64,000 nt of DNA from Entomortierella parvispora E1425 (GCA_020891255.1 BQFW01000007.1:558001-622000), one strand, 5' to 3'. Shown: positions 47,900 to 61,041, counted from the stretch's first letter. The notes: generated from the sequence alone by a model not told the origin. Translations and numbers: made by a program.

Positions 47900-49603
47900 T
47901 TAGTTGCTGCTGTTGGTGATAACGGCAGTGTTAACGGCAGCACCAGTGGTCAACTTGGCGTTGGCAATGACCTGGAGGATATCGGCAAGGGACTGCTTCC
48001 AGCTGCTCAAGCGCTGGCTCAACTGCTGCCACTGAGCGGTTCCAAACGTCCTGTAGATAGAACGGTTGATGATAACGACCTTGGAGACCTGGTTCAACTT
48101 GGCCTCAACCAATCCAGCACGAATAACATCAATGACCCAGAGCTCAACCTCGCTCTCCTCAACCTCAAGAGCCTTGGCAATCTCCTGGTAGCTCAACTCA
48201 CGGGTCAAGTTCTCAGATCCCAAAGAGGCAAGAGACAACAGGCGAATCTTGCGAAGAGTCTCCTCCTCATCCAAACCCAAACCCTTGACAAGTCCAGCAT
48301 CCTTGGCAACCAATCCACGGTAATCCTGAACGTTGCCGCTCATGAAGACAGACAAGAGCTCGTAAACCTTCTCGGACTTCAAGTTCTGGATAGCATCGAC
48401 CTTCAACAAGTTCTCAAAGTTCAAGACGTTGGGAAGAGCGATCGACTCGACAATGGCGCGAGTGGCGTTGGTCTTCTGCGAGGACAAGTCTGAGGATCCG
48501 TTGTAGGTGTTGAGGGCCTTGAGGAGGAACTCCAAGGACTGGTATCTAAATCGGTGAGAACAACATGATCAGATTCTCAGCTTCCATTTTCCTATCTGAT
48601 ACATCTGCCACGTGAAAGGGCATAGATCCATGGTTCCTGACACTTACTCGTTTCCAGACTCCTTCAAGCGGTCAGACAAGGTCAACAATAAAGAGCGCTC
48701 GGCGTCAACGCCGACACCCCACTCGCTAATCCAGTTGGGGACATACTGGAGCTGAGGAAGAACAAGATCCATGTCGTCGCTGGCAACAGCCAAGTCCACG
48801 ATTGAGGTGAAGACTGAAAGGCGGAGGGGAGAGTTGGCGGGGAGAGTGTTGAAGATGTTGGAGAGGCTAGTAATGTAGTACCAGGACAATAGACACGGTG
48901 GTCGTCAGCAATAGATCAGGTCACATTTGTCAAAGCCTGCAAAATTCCATCCTGACAACGTACACCTTGAACTTGATGTTAGTCTTCTGGGTGGGCTCGG
49001 AGACGAGAGACTTCAAGACCTGATCCAAAACGGCCTTGTCAGACTCGATAAGGACGATGGCAACCAGCAAGTTGTGGGCAGCCTCAAATTCTACACATTG
49101 TCAAAAAATTAATAATATTAGTTTCCAGCAACATTCCACCGAAGACCACCGAGCACAGCCAGTGAAAATCTCATACCCTTCTCAGGAGCCTCCAAGAGGG
49201 TCTTGCTCTCGCGAACAAGAACCTTGGTGGCCTCAGAGATGTTGTTGGCCTCGGCAAGAGGGGTGACCTCCTTGACCAAAGCCAACTCCTCGTCGCCGCG
49301 GAGAGTGCTGATGTAGGTGGCCAACTCAGCAACCTAGTCAATTTAGAGGGCATGATGGTTATTAGGGCAGCCATTGGTTGGGAATCATCATGGTGGTGGG
49401 TGCTGGTGTCCATTATCCAGTCCCTGAGTGAGATCGTGCAAAGTACAGCTTCAGAAGGTGGTTCTGCATTCACAACGTTCTGAGGCGATGGTGCAAAGTT
49501 GGTGCTGCACAATCTCGGGGCAAGGGGAGAGGGTAGTCGGATTGGGCCGCGAGCTCTGTACCTGATTTCCAACAGGAGCGTCGATGAAGATGATTGAGTC
49601 CAT
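47900..49603 (-). CDS. EIF3M: Translation initiation factor eIF3 subunit M (PCI domain), multi-exon
   Basis: Exon 1 MDSIIFIDAPVGNQ|VAELATYI. PCI domain KIRLLSLASL..ELSYQEIAKAL..EVELWVIDVIRAGLVEAKLNQ..IYRTFGTAQWQQL. Confidence 0.9.
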
Positions 49604-50032
49604 TGTGATTTGCGTGGTTGAAAGACAGAGATGATGCAGGCCCGCCTCTCATGATATCAGCACATCTCACGCTGCTGCTGGCTGATGCCAGGGCAAAAGA
49701 GAGGCGAAAAAAAATAACACTCACGTCACCGTATTTCACGAGATCGTGTTTTTTGCTTTCCTCTCTGGGGCCACCGCAGCACACTGCCATCCACAGCAGA
49801 CATGACCTTGCCCTGCTAAATTGACATATGGCGGTGGAAAGGAAATAGAATCGAATTCCCGGACATTTTCATATCATGGAAACAACTTGGTAGCGCTGAT
49901 TTTTTAACTAAGGATTTTTAATGAAAGGTGCAGCCAGCAATTGTGTTGGATCCTGTCCATCCTAGAAGAATAAACTTGGTTCCTGAACAACGGTGGGAGC
50001 TCCTTGTTGATTCAACATTTCATTAAAAATAT

Positions 50033-50980
<948 letters not shown>

Positions 50981-51219
50981 TTTCGAATAAAATTTGAGAG
51001 AAAGTACGACTGAGTCCACATCGGCAGGGCACAAAAGGACGAACGCCCGGTGGCTTTTCCTCTCAAGTCATGTGACACGTTTTCTTGTGGCGAGTCTCTT
51101 CAAAAGGTGCATTCGCCTCTTGTGCGTTGCATGTAACAGCACACGTTCGCCCTTGTGCTGAACATCATTCGTACCTGGACCGCATCAGTAACAGCCTGCT
51201 GCTGCAGTTGCATGACATC
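50981..51219. promoter_or_regulatory. 239-bp bidirectional promoter and UTR region between RPS30 and the INTS1-like gene
   Basis: Head-to-head start codons at 50980 (-) and 51220 (+). Confidence 0.6.
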
Positions 51220-54200
51220 ATGAGCAAAGATGTGCGGAAAGGCAAAGCCCCAGAGCGTATTCCGGGTAAGATGCCGCGTTTTGAACTGCGTGTCTGGCCT
51301 CACTCGTCACTCCTGACTGTCGCGCGCTCGCATACTCACTTTTATCATTACTTTAAAATATCTCGTCCCGTTGCCTCCCCTTTCTTTTAGATTTGATACC
51401 CCTCGGTAAGGACCAATAGTCAGTCCACTTGACTCTTTCATGTAATGGCGAAATATACCCTAACCATTTGCAATGTATGCATATCAATACGTTAGGACGA
51501 GTTCCAACAAGACCGATCAAATCATCTTTAAAATCAGAGAAGCAAGAAGGCGCGGCGTCCCAAGACTCAACTTCATTTGGATCTCAGGACTCGGCGCTGG
51601 ACCCCCAACCACCACTGAAAAAAGTTAGGATCAATACGTCCACAGGAAGTAGTAGCGCGCCATCAACACCTCCCCGGATCAAAACTGAAGAATCGACCTT
51701 AAGATCAGCCCTACGCAAAGTCCCTGGGGGCAGCCAGTCATTAGATCAGAAGCCTTCACCACATTCCGGAAATCGAGTTGCCACTCTCTGGACTCTAAAC
51801 AGGAACGCCAGGATCGAGCAGGAGACAAGCCAGCTCAACCCACGTCAGGTCGATGAAGAAGGTAGAAAACTCTACAATGGATTATCACATATGGCGGCGA
51901 TGAGTGGACGAAAATCTACGTTGTTGATTTTAAATGGCATCTAACTCTGGATCAATTGTACGTATAGTTCACAACACATTTGTTCAGCAATCTTGGGAGG
52001 AACCGCCCCCCGTCCAGCACATTCGAGCTGCATTGCAGTACCTTAAAGCCAATGCTCTAAAACCGGATCCAGTGATTACAGGAGGGCTTTTGCGACTAGG
52101 AAAGGCCATGCCTGGTTTAATTAGGGATCAAACAATCACTACCATGATGCTGCAGATGCTGCTTCCAGAGTTCACTCACAGTTTCAAGATTCGAACCAAC
52201 AGCACCGTCGTCTTTCTAGTCTGCGCTCTGCTTCACCTTGCATGGGACGAAGTGGATGACTGGCCGACTGACTTTGTGATGGCCTATCTGGAAGATGCTC
52301 TTGGAGAGCGCTCGTGGTGTGCGCATGCCGATACCACGCACTTTGTAGGGAATGTCCTTACCGCCTTCAGGACGGATGTAAGGAGTGATCATGGAGCGCC
52401 AGGTCTGCTATCCTAATGATCATGGAGATATTTTTCTAACCCTTTGGTACTTTCTGTCAATAGAGCCCAGATGGTGACACTGAGGACGAGAGGCTAGATC
52501 CTGTTCGGTTAGATGACAAAAGCGGAACATCAGCAGTCATGGCTACTATCGACATGAACCAATATACAAGTAAGCACCAGACACCCAAGCCGCGCCAGGC
52601 TCTCATCACACAGCGACAAGTAGACTCCCTCTAATATGTGGTCATGACTCTTATCTTCTTATAGGCACCTTGAGTTTGAGAAAGCGCTATAGAGACCCAG
52701 AAACAAGGAGTCTTGTGAAACAGGTGACATTGGACACCATGTGGGAGTACATACCGTCGTCAATAGGTGGAAGTGCTGTAGATGCCAGTGTTCGCAGCCT
52801 CATTAAGGTTATGATGGCAACCAGTCGCTGGTCAGAAGTGCGACTGAAAGCAATGGAGTGCATGGAGTGTAAGAAAACCCAATAACCTGCGCTTCGGGAT
52901 ACTTTGGTATGTCATCGTCGTATTGTACCAATCCTCACACAACTGTCTATCTTTAGTCTGGCTAGGTGGATTCGTCAAAATTGCCAAACCCTTGCTCCGG
53001 CTCATTTTACGCGAAATTACTTCACAGCCAACCTTATCCGCAGATGATCTGGAAACCTGGAGGACTCTGATTGACTTCCGGTACAAGGGGCGCCCTCACC
53101 AGGTCGAGACGGTGAAAGAGGAACTGCGCTTTGCACTCATTGGCCTTAATGGCCAGGAGCTTATTCGGATAGGACTAAATCACATTATGGCGGCGGAAAT
53201 GAACCCGAGTGAATTCAAGAACCCATACCATCTGGACTTAATGGAGCTCTTTCTACATGCTATTCCCGATAAGCCAGCCGTGGAATTTGGATACCTGATT
53301 CAAGGATGCACCATCGATGCAGCGTTCCAAATGGTCAACAGCGCCCCAGTTAGTCCACCTTTGGCCCCAGTCGTTTTGGTGGCAAAGAGATGGATCCGAC
53401 ACTTGGGAAAACGGAGCATGTCATGGAACGCTGATGTTGTGGTCGGCCTCTTAATGGATGGGACTCACTTCGCGAGGCTTGTACAGAAGCAGGAGCACAA
53501 TACAGCGACCAACGGACGAAATGCAGGAACTATTTGGCTACAAGTGGTGACCGAGATCATTTGCTGTGTCATGATGGCGACAGCGATTGACGCCAAGGAC
53601 GCCGAAGAGATCAAAATGAGCAAGTTTTCGGTAGGGCACGCCCATGCCTTTACTTTGCAGTGGTTTCAGGCTATGATTGGCGGCGGCAACTTGACTATTC
53701 CCGGTGATTCAGCCGACGTTCGGAGGACGCCTTTCGGTATTGTTCCTGTGGACGCCCTGAGGATATGTCTTGCTCGACTCTTGTTCTTGGACCCACCTCA
53801 GTCATATGCGCTGGACAGTGTAAGTGTTGATTCTGTGGTTTAGCTTGGAGTTCGTGTACGCCCTTGACATTACTTTAATCTGATCTGACCCATCTTTTCT
53901 CTTTATGAGATAGTCCTCTCAAGAGTTTGACATGAACTTGATCCAGAAATTACTCGAAAACGGACTCCCATTGACCGAGATGGGACTTATCGCACTCTTG
54001 GATATGCAATTACCGCCAAAACTCATGCTTTCTCTAGTTGGCGAATACGTCTCCGGTGCAACGGATCTCAGCCGATTTGTGAGTTTTGAAAGGAAGACAG
54101 GACCTTGGCTTGATGTACTTTCCCATGAAGAGATTCTAATACTACCCTTCTTTGTTTTCTACCTTCTGATTAGTATACTGACAGTTGCGTCGTAAAAAAT

Positions 54201-56470
54201 CCAGAAGTTGTAGTCAAGCTTTTCAACCTATCTCGATTCTGCGAGACACCACACGAAGAAGCCCTGAGACTTGCAAGAGAACTTCCATTGGCATGGATGC
54301 AATCCTTTTGGACTTGCTCTCTTATCACTGTAATGCTCGCCAGCTGCAATCCAAGGTAGGTAGTGGAGTGACATCAAGTGGCAATGGTATTGTCGAAGGG
54401 GTGTTGATGTCTAATAATCTTCTTTCTTTTTTGAATTACTTGTAGGATTCTGGCGCTCGTAGTTTGGGACTCAATGCCAGTCATCCGAACCCTCTTGGAA
54501 CTTTGCATATCACAGCAATACTCTTTTCCTCCTCCCAACTATACCTCTCGTTCTGATCCTTCAGCAGAACGTCTTTTGCGCAACAGCATTTTGGCAGACC
54601 AAGCCGATCGCGATTGTGTGCTCGAGTGGGAGAAGAAGGCAATGATAATTGAGGGACGTTGGAACGAGTCCACGCAGGGTCCGGTCTCACTCTCTCCAAA
54701 TGAGAGTGAATTCGCTGGATGGTTGATGCGGCTTGACTATGGACTCACTCAGCCACCAAGAGCTCCGCCTGCGGAAGTCATGCAGCAGCTCCGCGGTATG
54801 AACGAGAGGTTTGGCTTGGGAATGAAGCTCGCCGCGTCCAGAGATCCCGATTATTTAGGACGAATGGTGGGCACCAATGACGATGCAGCCTGGATTGATC
54901 GCCTTCTTCGAGATGTTCCCGAAATTTTGAATGCCTTGCCAGCATCAACGCTCTGTGCCAGATACTGTCGATCAATTGCTACATTGGAAGCAAACAACAA
55001 CAAGAACTCGGAAGCGACTGGTGCTGTGAGCGACGTGGCAGCAGACTTCAACGTGCGCAGGAAACTCGGAGGCTACCTGGATAGTGTCATGGATACAAGT
55101 GGAGCCAATGCCTACGCGCTCTCCACTATAGACCCCAGATACCATTTCCAAGAAGTGAGAGATATTTTTGAGTTCTTTTTGGCTCGGCTATGCCCACCCA
55201 CCATTGACTCGGAAACTGATCCCAAGACGTCGGCTGCCATTGCTCTGGAAACCAAGGCAGCAATGGATGCCCTCTTTCAAGGTCACCTCAAATGGCCGCA
55301 AGTTCTTCTCCAGACTGTTCTCAAGACCCCCCAAACAGGATTTCTTCTCAAGGCTTTGGACTGGATTGAGGCAATCCTCTCCGCGGAGAATGATCCCAAA
55401 TGGATTCACGCTTCTCTTGAGTTCTTGCTCAAAGTAGAGTGTCATGGAGGCGACGGCGAACAGGCCCTGGAGCCCAGTCTTTTGGCAGTAGCACGACTTT
55501 TACTTCAAAGAACATTTGTCTTTGATTGGCTCATTCGCGAGCGGGTTGGTTCAGAGGCTGGGGCAGTGGTACGGGCACTCAACAAACGACTCGAGATGTA
55601 TTTTGTCCGTCAAGATACTGCCATGGAAGATGTCAATCACGACTCCTTATCAAGGCACCATTCATCGAATGAGAGACCTAGAGTGCATGTGCGATTGCTC
55701 AACGGCGCGAACTTTCCGACCTTCTCAGAGATTCTTTGGCTATCACTTATGGTGATATCGGTCGGCGAGGTCAACAAGCAAGGTCAGAGCTCCACCTCGC
55801 CAAGCTTTGCTGATGGATCATACGACAAGAGTTCTAACAGCAATTGTTATTTATCTATAGATGGAACGATATGGAGTATCCTACTGAGTGATACGGATTC
55901 CCGTTCTGCCACGCCTAAAAGACTTGTGGACGAGACTCCTCTGCTAATGAGTCAACCGCCTCTCTTAAATGACCTTTCCCTTCGAATCCGACTTGTTCAA
56001 TCAACGCAAGAGTCTGATGTTGTAAGGATAGCGCTGGACGGACTCTCAGTAGTGCAAGTTCTGGAGGTTACCAAGCAAGGTTTCGGTCTCCAACTTCACA
56101 TCGCACAACTGGTACACGAGGCGGTTGCTGTATCTCTGGAAAGAGATAGTGAATCAAACGTGCCAACATACCTGGAACCAGCAACAACACGACGTAAGTC
56201 TCAGCATTTTTTTTTTTTTTTTCACTTCTGCGTTATAAAGAATACGGTATACCAACGTTACTTTTTGACTCGCTGTATTCTTTAGAAATCACGGCCCTGC
56301 TTCAATACTACGCTGACCAAGGTGGCCAGTCTAGCTTGAAGGCTTTAGGCGTTTTGAAGAGTAGACTTGGTGATGCAAGGACGGCCAAGATGCTTCATTC
56401 CAGTCAAGGAGCCAACGGAAAGGATAGCAAGCAAGCCGCCCTGCCTGATTTTTTCGCGATGGAATGTTGA
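51220..56470 (+). CDS. INTS1: Integrator complex subunit 1-like protein, multi-exon, including a 15-nt microexon (51391-51405)
   Basis: WPTDFVMAYLEDALGERSWCAHADTTHFVGNVLTAF matches the INTS1 block WPEIFVKVYIEDSLGERIWVDSPHCKTFVDNIQTAF (recalled). Also LLELCISQQYSFPP, LAASRDPDYL and LNALPASTLC in INTS1 order. Exons join in frame at GT-AG sites; the last exon ends ...FFAMEC* at 56470. Confidence 0.8.
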
Positions 56471-56533
56471 AAGTTGTGTGTATGTTTAGAACGACTTTTT
56501 TTTTCCTAGAGGTGCAAGGTCGTTGTAGAATAG

Positions 56534-56596
56534 CTAGTTCACCCGTTTATCTCTTTGTCCGTAGCCAGACGAGATAAAAATAACTATAACTTCAAA
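56534..56596 (-). ncRNA. Candidate Fanzor omegaRNA scaffold or element 3' end: strong hairpin at 56578-56546 followed by CTAG
   Basis: Minus strand UUUAUCUC-GUCUG-GCUA-CGGAC-AAA-GAGAUAAA (13-bp stem with a 3-nt bulge) begins 18 nt after the Fanzor stop codon. Function is inferred from position only. Confidence 0.4.
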
Positions 56597-59500
56597 TTAT
56601 AGAGGTTGGAGGGAAGAAGGTGGGGGTCGCGCGAGCTGGCGCGGTCGGTCTTGCTGCTGGACATACCGCTCTCCGATTATCGCAATGTTGTGCGCTCCCA
56701 CGCAGTCTCTGTGGATCCATCGACCACACTGCGTGCATGCACACGTCCTCATAGAGGGTTTTGCAAGGCGTGTCGCGACGTTCTTTCCTATGCACGTGGG
56801 ACACATTGTCGATGAGAGGTATTCATCGCCAATGACGGCCTTGTATCCCATTGTTTGTATCTATCATAAGCGAGGGAAAAGATATAATCAATCTGCATGC
56901 CCACAAGAGAGAGAGCGCGGACACTACCAAGATCGTGTGTGTTTTTACCTTTCCGAAAAGACGCCTCAGGAAAGTGGTGTGCACGGACGTCAGGTTGATG
57001 CCTGTTTTAAATTTGCCATTCCCGAGCACAAATATAACCCTCCTTGCTTCAACAGGAACTCCCTCGCATGCCAATTCCACCAACTTTAAAACACCGTTGA
57101 CCGCAAGGTCCATTTCTGCGAGTTTGGATTTCTTGTGGTCGTGAGCCGCTTTCTTCCAGGTTGCTGATGAATAAAACCCGTGTATCAAAGGTTCAAGTTG
57201 GAAGTACTGCCGGTGTCTGTTTTCAATGGCTGTAATGTCGTGGTAGTTGAGCGGATGTAGGGCGTTTTGCAGGTCGTGCAGCGACGGCAACAAAGTTGGG
57301 TTGTCTTGGTCCTGACCCTGCTGAGTACAAGCCCACAAGGAAGGGCCTACGCTGTCGTTTGATCCTGCTGTTGGTTGGGCCCGTTTGCAATGCTCCGCCC
57401 ATTCTCGGAATGCAAGCGTCGGCTGATAAAGCGATGACCTTTTCACCGTCAGGTTGACAACCCTTTCTCCCGGCAAGCTCACACAAAAGGCGCCACTGAC
57501 CACCTCTCCTGGATCTATTCCGATAACAACAACTGATTCAAGATCTTGACCGAATTCAGCAACCAAACTGTCCTTGTCGGGATACAAGGTCTCGATCCTC
57601 CTCATGAACTCTTTGTATCTTGTCGATTTCCGTGGCTTGAAAAGATCATACCCAAGGATTTGCAGCTCATGCCCATCTGTTCGGATTATGTTGTTCAGGG
57701 CATATCGGTATTGTCCGGAAACCTGGGGCGGCATGGGAAGTCGAGGTGGTTCAGGATCCATTGTCGATGGTGCCGAGGAGGAGGGCAATGGTTGCTGGGC
57801 TGTGAGGGAGTTGTTGTGCAGTCTCCGGTAGTGATTAATACGTCTCTTGTTGTATTGCTCTAGCACCAGTTGGCCGTATACGTCCGGCAAGGTGTTGCTC
57901 CGCTCGTCCATTGAGGTTATTTTCTTCCCGTACGGTGTCTGTCTTTTCTTGGCTGCCTTGATGGTGGACCGGTCTCCGACAAACAACTGTTTAATGACAT
58001 TTCCGTAGGAGTTTTTCCGGAGATGATTGGCACGTTGCCGATTGCAGACGGAGGTCATCAAGATGTCGCCCACTCGTCCGGCTGTTACGCCCCATAGTAA
58101 TGCCACCAGAGCCTCTTCATTCAGGTCAATGAAAGAGTCTGTCATCCCTGCCTGGACACAAAACTTTGGCTGTTTTACGGCTGTCGGTATCTGCAGCAAA
58201 TGACGCCAGCAAAGTCTCAAGTGACCCTTCTTAAACGTCATCTTTTGCGATGCTTTCCTTGGGTCGTCGTCTGAGTCTTCGTCATCTGCAGACAGTTCGG
58301 CTTCGTTGATGGCGTTGTTGATGGCAGCATCTGATGTCTTCTCGTCATCCACTACCCCCATAAGCTCGGTGCAGTCTAAAGATAACTTTGTCAACTGCAG
58401 CACGCAAAGGTATTCTTCGATTAGAATCAATTTTTTTAGAATGCAGTGATCCAATTTCAAAAACCACTTCGTTCAGTACCTTGTTGCAGAGAGTGGTCGG
58501 CAATTTGCGATAATGCTGCTTGATTGCTAGACAGATTTTTGGTGTCAGTTCGGCAATGACATTGCTCAGGGGGAGGTTGGACGGGTTTAATGCCTCGAAC
58601 TCCGGGTGGAACGCCTTAAATTCGTCAAAGGTACTTTGTGCTTCCGCCACGGCATCCTTGGACTGGTCCTTAACAGGACGGCGTCCACTTTTCATGTCAG
58701 AGGAGCCTCGCAAGACAAACGATAATAGATTCTGCACGAATCTTTCTAGCCAGTCTGACTTTGAGTCCAGGACATTTTCCAGAAACTCGTCCCCAGTGCT
58801 GTCGATCAAGTGCCGCAAAATCCTCATCTCCATCATCTTCAATACGTAATGCTTGGCACTGTTGGTGACGGAGACAGCTTCATCCAGACGCTGGACTACC
58901 AGTGTGCTCTCTTCTTTGGAGAGATCTGTGGCACGCAGGAGACATCCTCGCAGAGAACCCATGGTCAGAGTAACGGTTGCAAAAGCAGATTTGAAGGATT
59001 TTTTAAGAGCCTTGGGACCCGCTGTCGGTGATGTGGGAATAGGAAGCTCCTTCTTGCGTGTCTTTTTCACTGGGGAAATTGTTGGCCGATCGGACTTTGT
59101 AGTTGGTTTACGCGGTTTTGGTTTTTTGGGCGTCGAAGGCGTCAAGTGTGCAAGCTCAACATCGTCTATGGGACTTGCAGTCTCCAGCGCAACTGTTTGG
59201 GGAAGATATCGGTGGTTCAGGTCGGTCCGGGATCGAAATCTAAAGAGGTACATGAACGATATGTGAGAACGTTGGAGTTGATGCAACTTTGTCTTTTAGT
59301 TCCCAGAAGGGTACGAACCTTGATTTCTCCCACTTCTTCTTTCTTCTTTCCTGCTTCCTCTTGGCCTTCTTCCTTTGTCGCTTCTGCTCCCTTTTCTGTG
59401 CACGGCTTGGGTCAGGGACAGGCTGGACGGAGGTCGAAGAGTCTGCCGCATCTGTGGAGGGTGCTATGTGGTCCGATTCGGCTATTGGTGCTGGTGGTGC

Positions 59501-61041
59501 CAATGGCGGCTCCGTGTGTGGTGGTTTTGCAGGGCCTAGGGCAAAGCGGTCCCAACTGCGCTTCGCTTTCTTGAGTTCCACTTTGTTGACTATGGACAGA
59601 AGTCGCCGGTGAATGTCCAGCGTTGGAATGTTTCCAGCTGCATTTAGAGCTGTCTCCTCACAATGAACAAATGCCTTCACTGCATTGTCATAGCTGTTGG
59701 CTAACACGCTCAGCTGCTTGTTGGCAGTGGCTATTCGTCGAAGATCCTTCTGGTGGGCCTTTACTGAGGAAGGGTCGGCGATCCTCCTCAGACGTTTCTC
59801 GCAACTCGCGATGGCTGCAGCCTTTGACTCTTCCGCAGTCTGATGTATGGCACGGACATACTCTTCGATTTGCTGGTAAATCCATTTTGCCTGGTCATCT
59901 TTGCTGGCAACGTTAGAGCTCCCCGTCACAAGCTGTCTAACCTTGGCCATGTTCGATGCCAGTTGGTAGAGTGGCATGCCTGCGGTATAGTCATTGGTCG
60001 TCAAGACAGAAACGAGTACGAGATGCGCCGGAGTTTGGAGCTCGAGTTCCTCCAAAAGTGCCTGCTTACTGAAAGTGGTCCAAGTCAAGGGCCGACCAAC
60101 GGGCATTGTGATTGTGGTCACCGACTCGTATGCCATAACGTCTGAATCTTTGGTAATGATCCTGACATTATCTGGTGAATGGGCATTCGTCACGCGGTTT
60201 GCAATGCATGTGTCACTCTGGTGGGTACACTGGCATATTTTCCATCCGCTTTCATGAAGTTGTGTGATGACATCCCTGATTGCGCTCGCGGGAACTCGGT
60301 ACGAAGTCTTCACCCTCTTGTATAGTTGGGTAGTATTCCTGATCCTGCCCCCGTCATAGTCTTTCTCTAGCTTGCCGACTCGCGTCTCCAAGGTTTGGTC
60401 GCGCTTTCTGTGAGCAAGTTCCTTCTCCAGGGACCGGGAACCGTCGAAATGAAGTGTTGTATGATCCTTGCTCAAGTAGGACACAAGGATTCGATCGATT
60501 GTCTTCCCCAAGGATCGATAATCCTAAGAAGCAGCGCGATTGAGACGGTAAGTATTCCAATCGAAAAGGCATGACTCTTGTTGTAATGATCAGACTCTCT
60601 CTAAATGTAGAGTAGATATACAGATATACGTACAACGCTCCTTTCCTCAGCATCGTTTGCTTCCAGTGACCCGTCTTGATTGAAACGAATTTGGGATGGT
60701 CGTTCTGCCAGCATATCCTGCATCGCTGCTACAATGCCATAAGGGGTGCTTTGGCTTGAAGGATCCACCCGGGCGCGTTTTCGATGCAGACTGGCCTCAT
60801 CTGTTCCTGGTCGCTTCGGAATGGTTGTTGACGGTGGTGTAGACGCGCTCGTTGGGACATCGGGCGAAGCTACCTGTCGCCGAGCATTTTTGGCTGCGAA
60901 CGCCACATCCAGGTGGAAACCATGACTGTGAATTATTCCGAAAAACATGGAGGCGCAGTCCACATGACAGGTGAATCCTCGAAGGTCCTCCTCAACTCCA
61001 TCGGTCGATTTGATCCTAGCTGCAAGGCCCTGGATTCCCAT
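56597..61041 (-). CDS. 1360-aa fusion of a FEN1/XPG-like PIN-H3TH nuclease with Fanzor (TnpB-like RuvC RNA-guided nuclease). Exons 61041-60634, 60523-59319, 59239-58480, 58394-56949, 56860-56597
   Basis: Four GT-AG introns (110, 79, 85, 88 nt) join the ORFs in frame; 4083 nt total = 1361 codons. PIN motifs: MGIQGL, HVD, HFDG, QSD, KDSD, NDY. Fanzor motifs: NNIIRTDG, VIGIDPG (RuvC-I D, 57515-57513), IFVLGNG, GDEYLSS (E, 56824-56822), CPTC..CTQC zinc finger, HRDCVGAHNI (RuvC-III D, 56707-56705). Confidence 0.9.

Noticed and set aside
56597-61041. Reading the five ORFs as separate genes or as a frameshifted pseudogene
   Set aside because: Every frame change coincides with a short GT-AG intron of matching phase, and the spliced length is a multiple of three.
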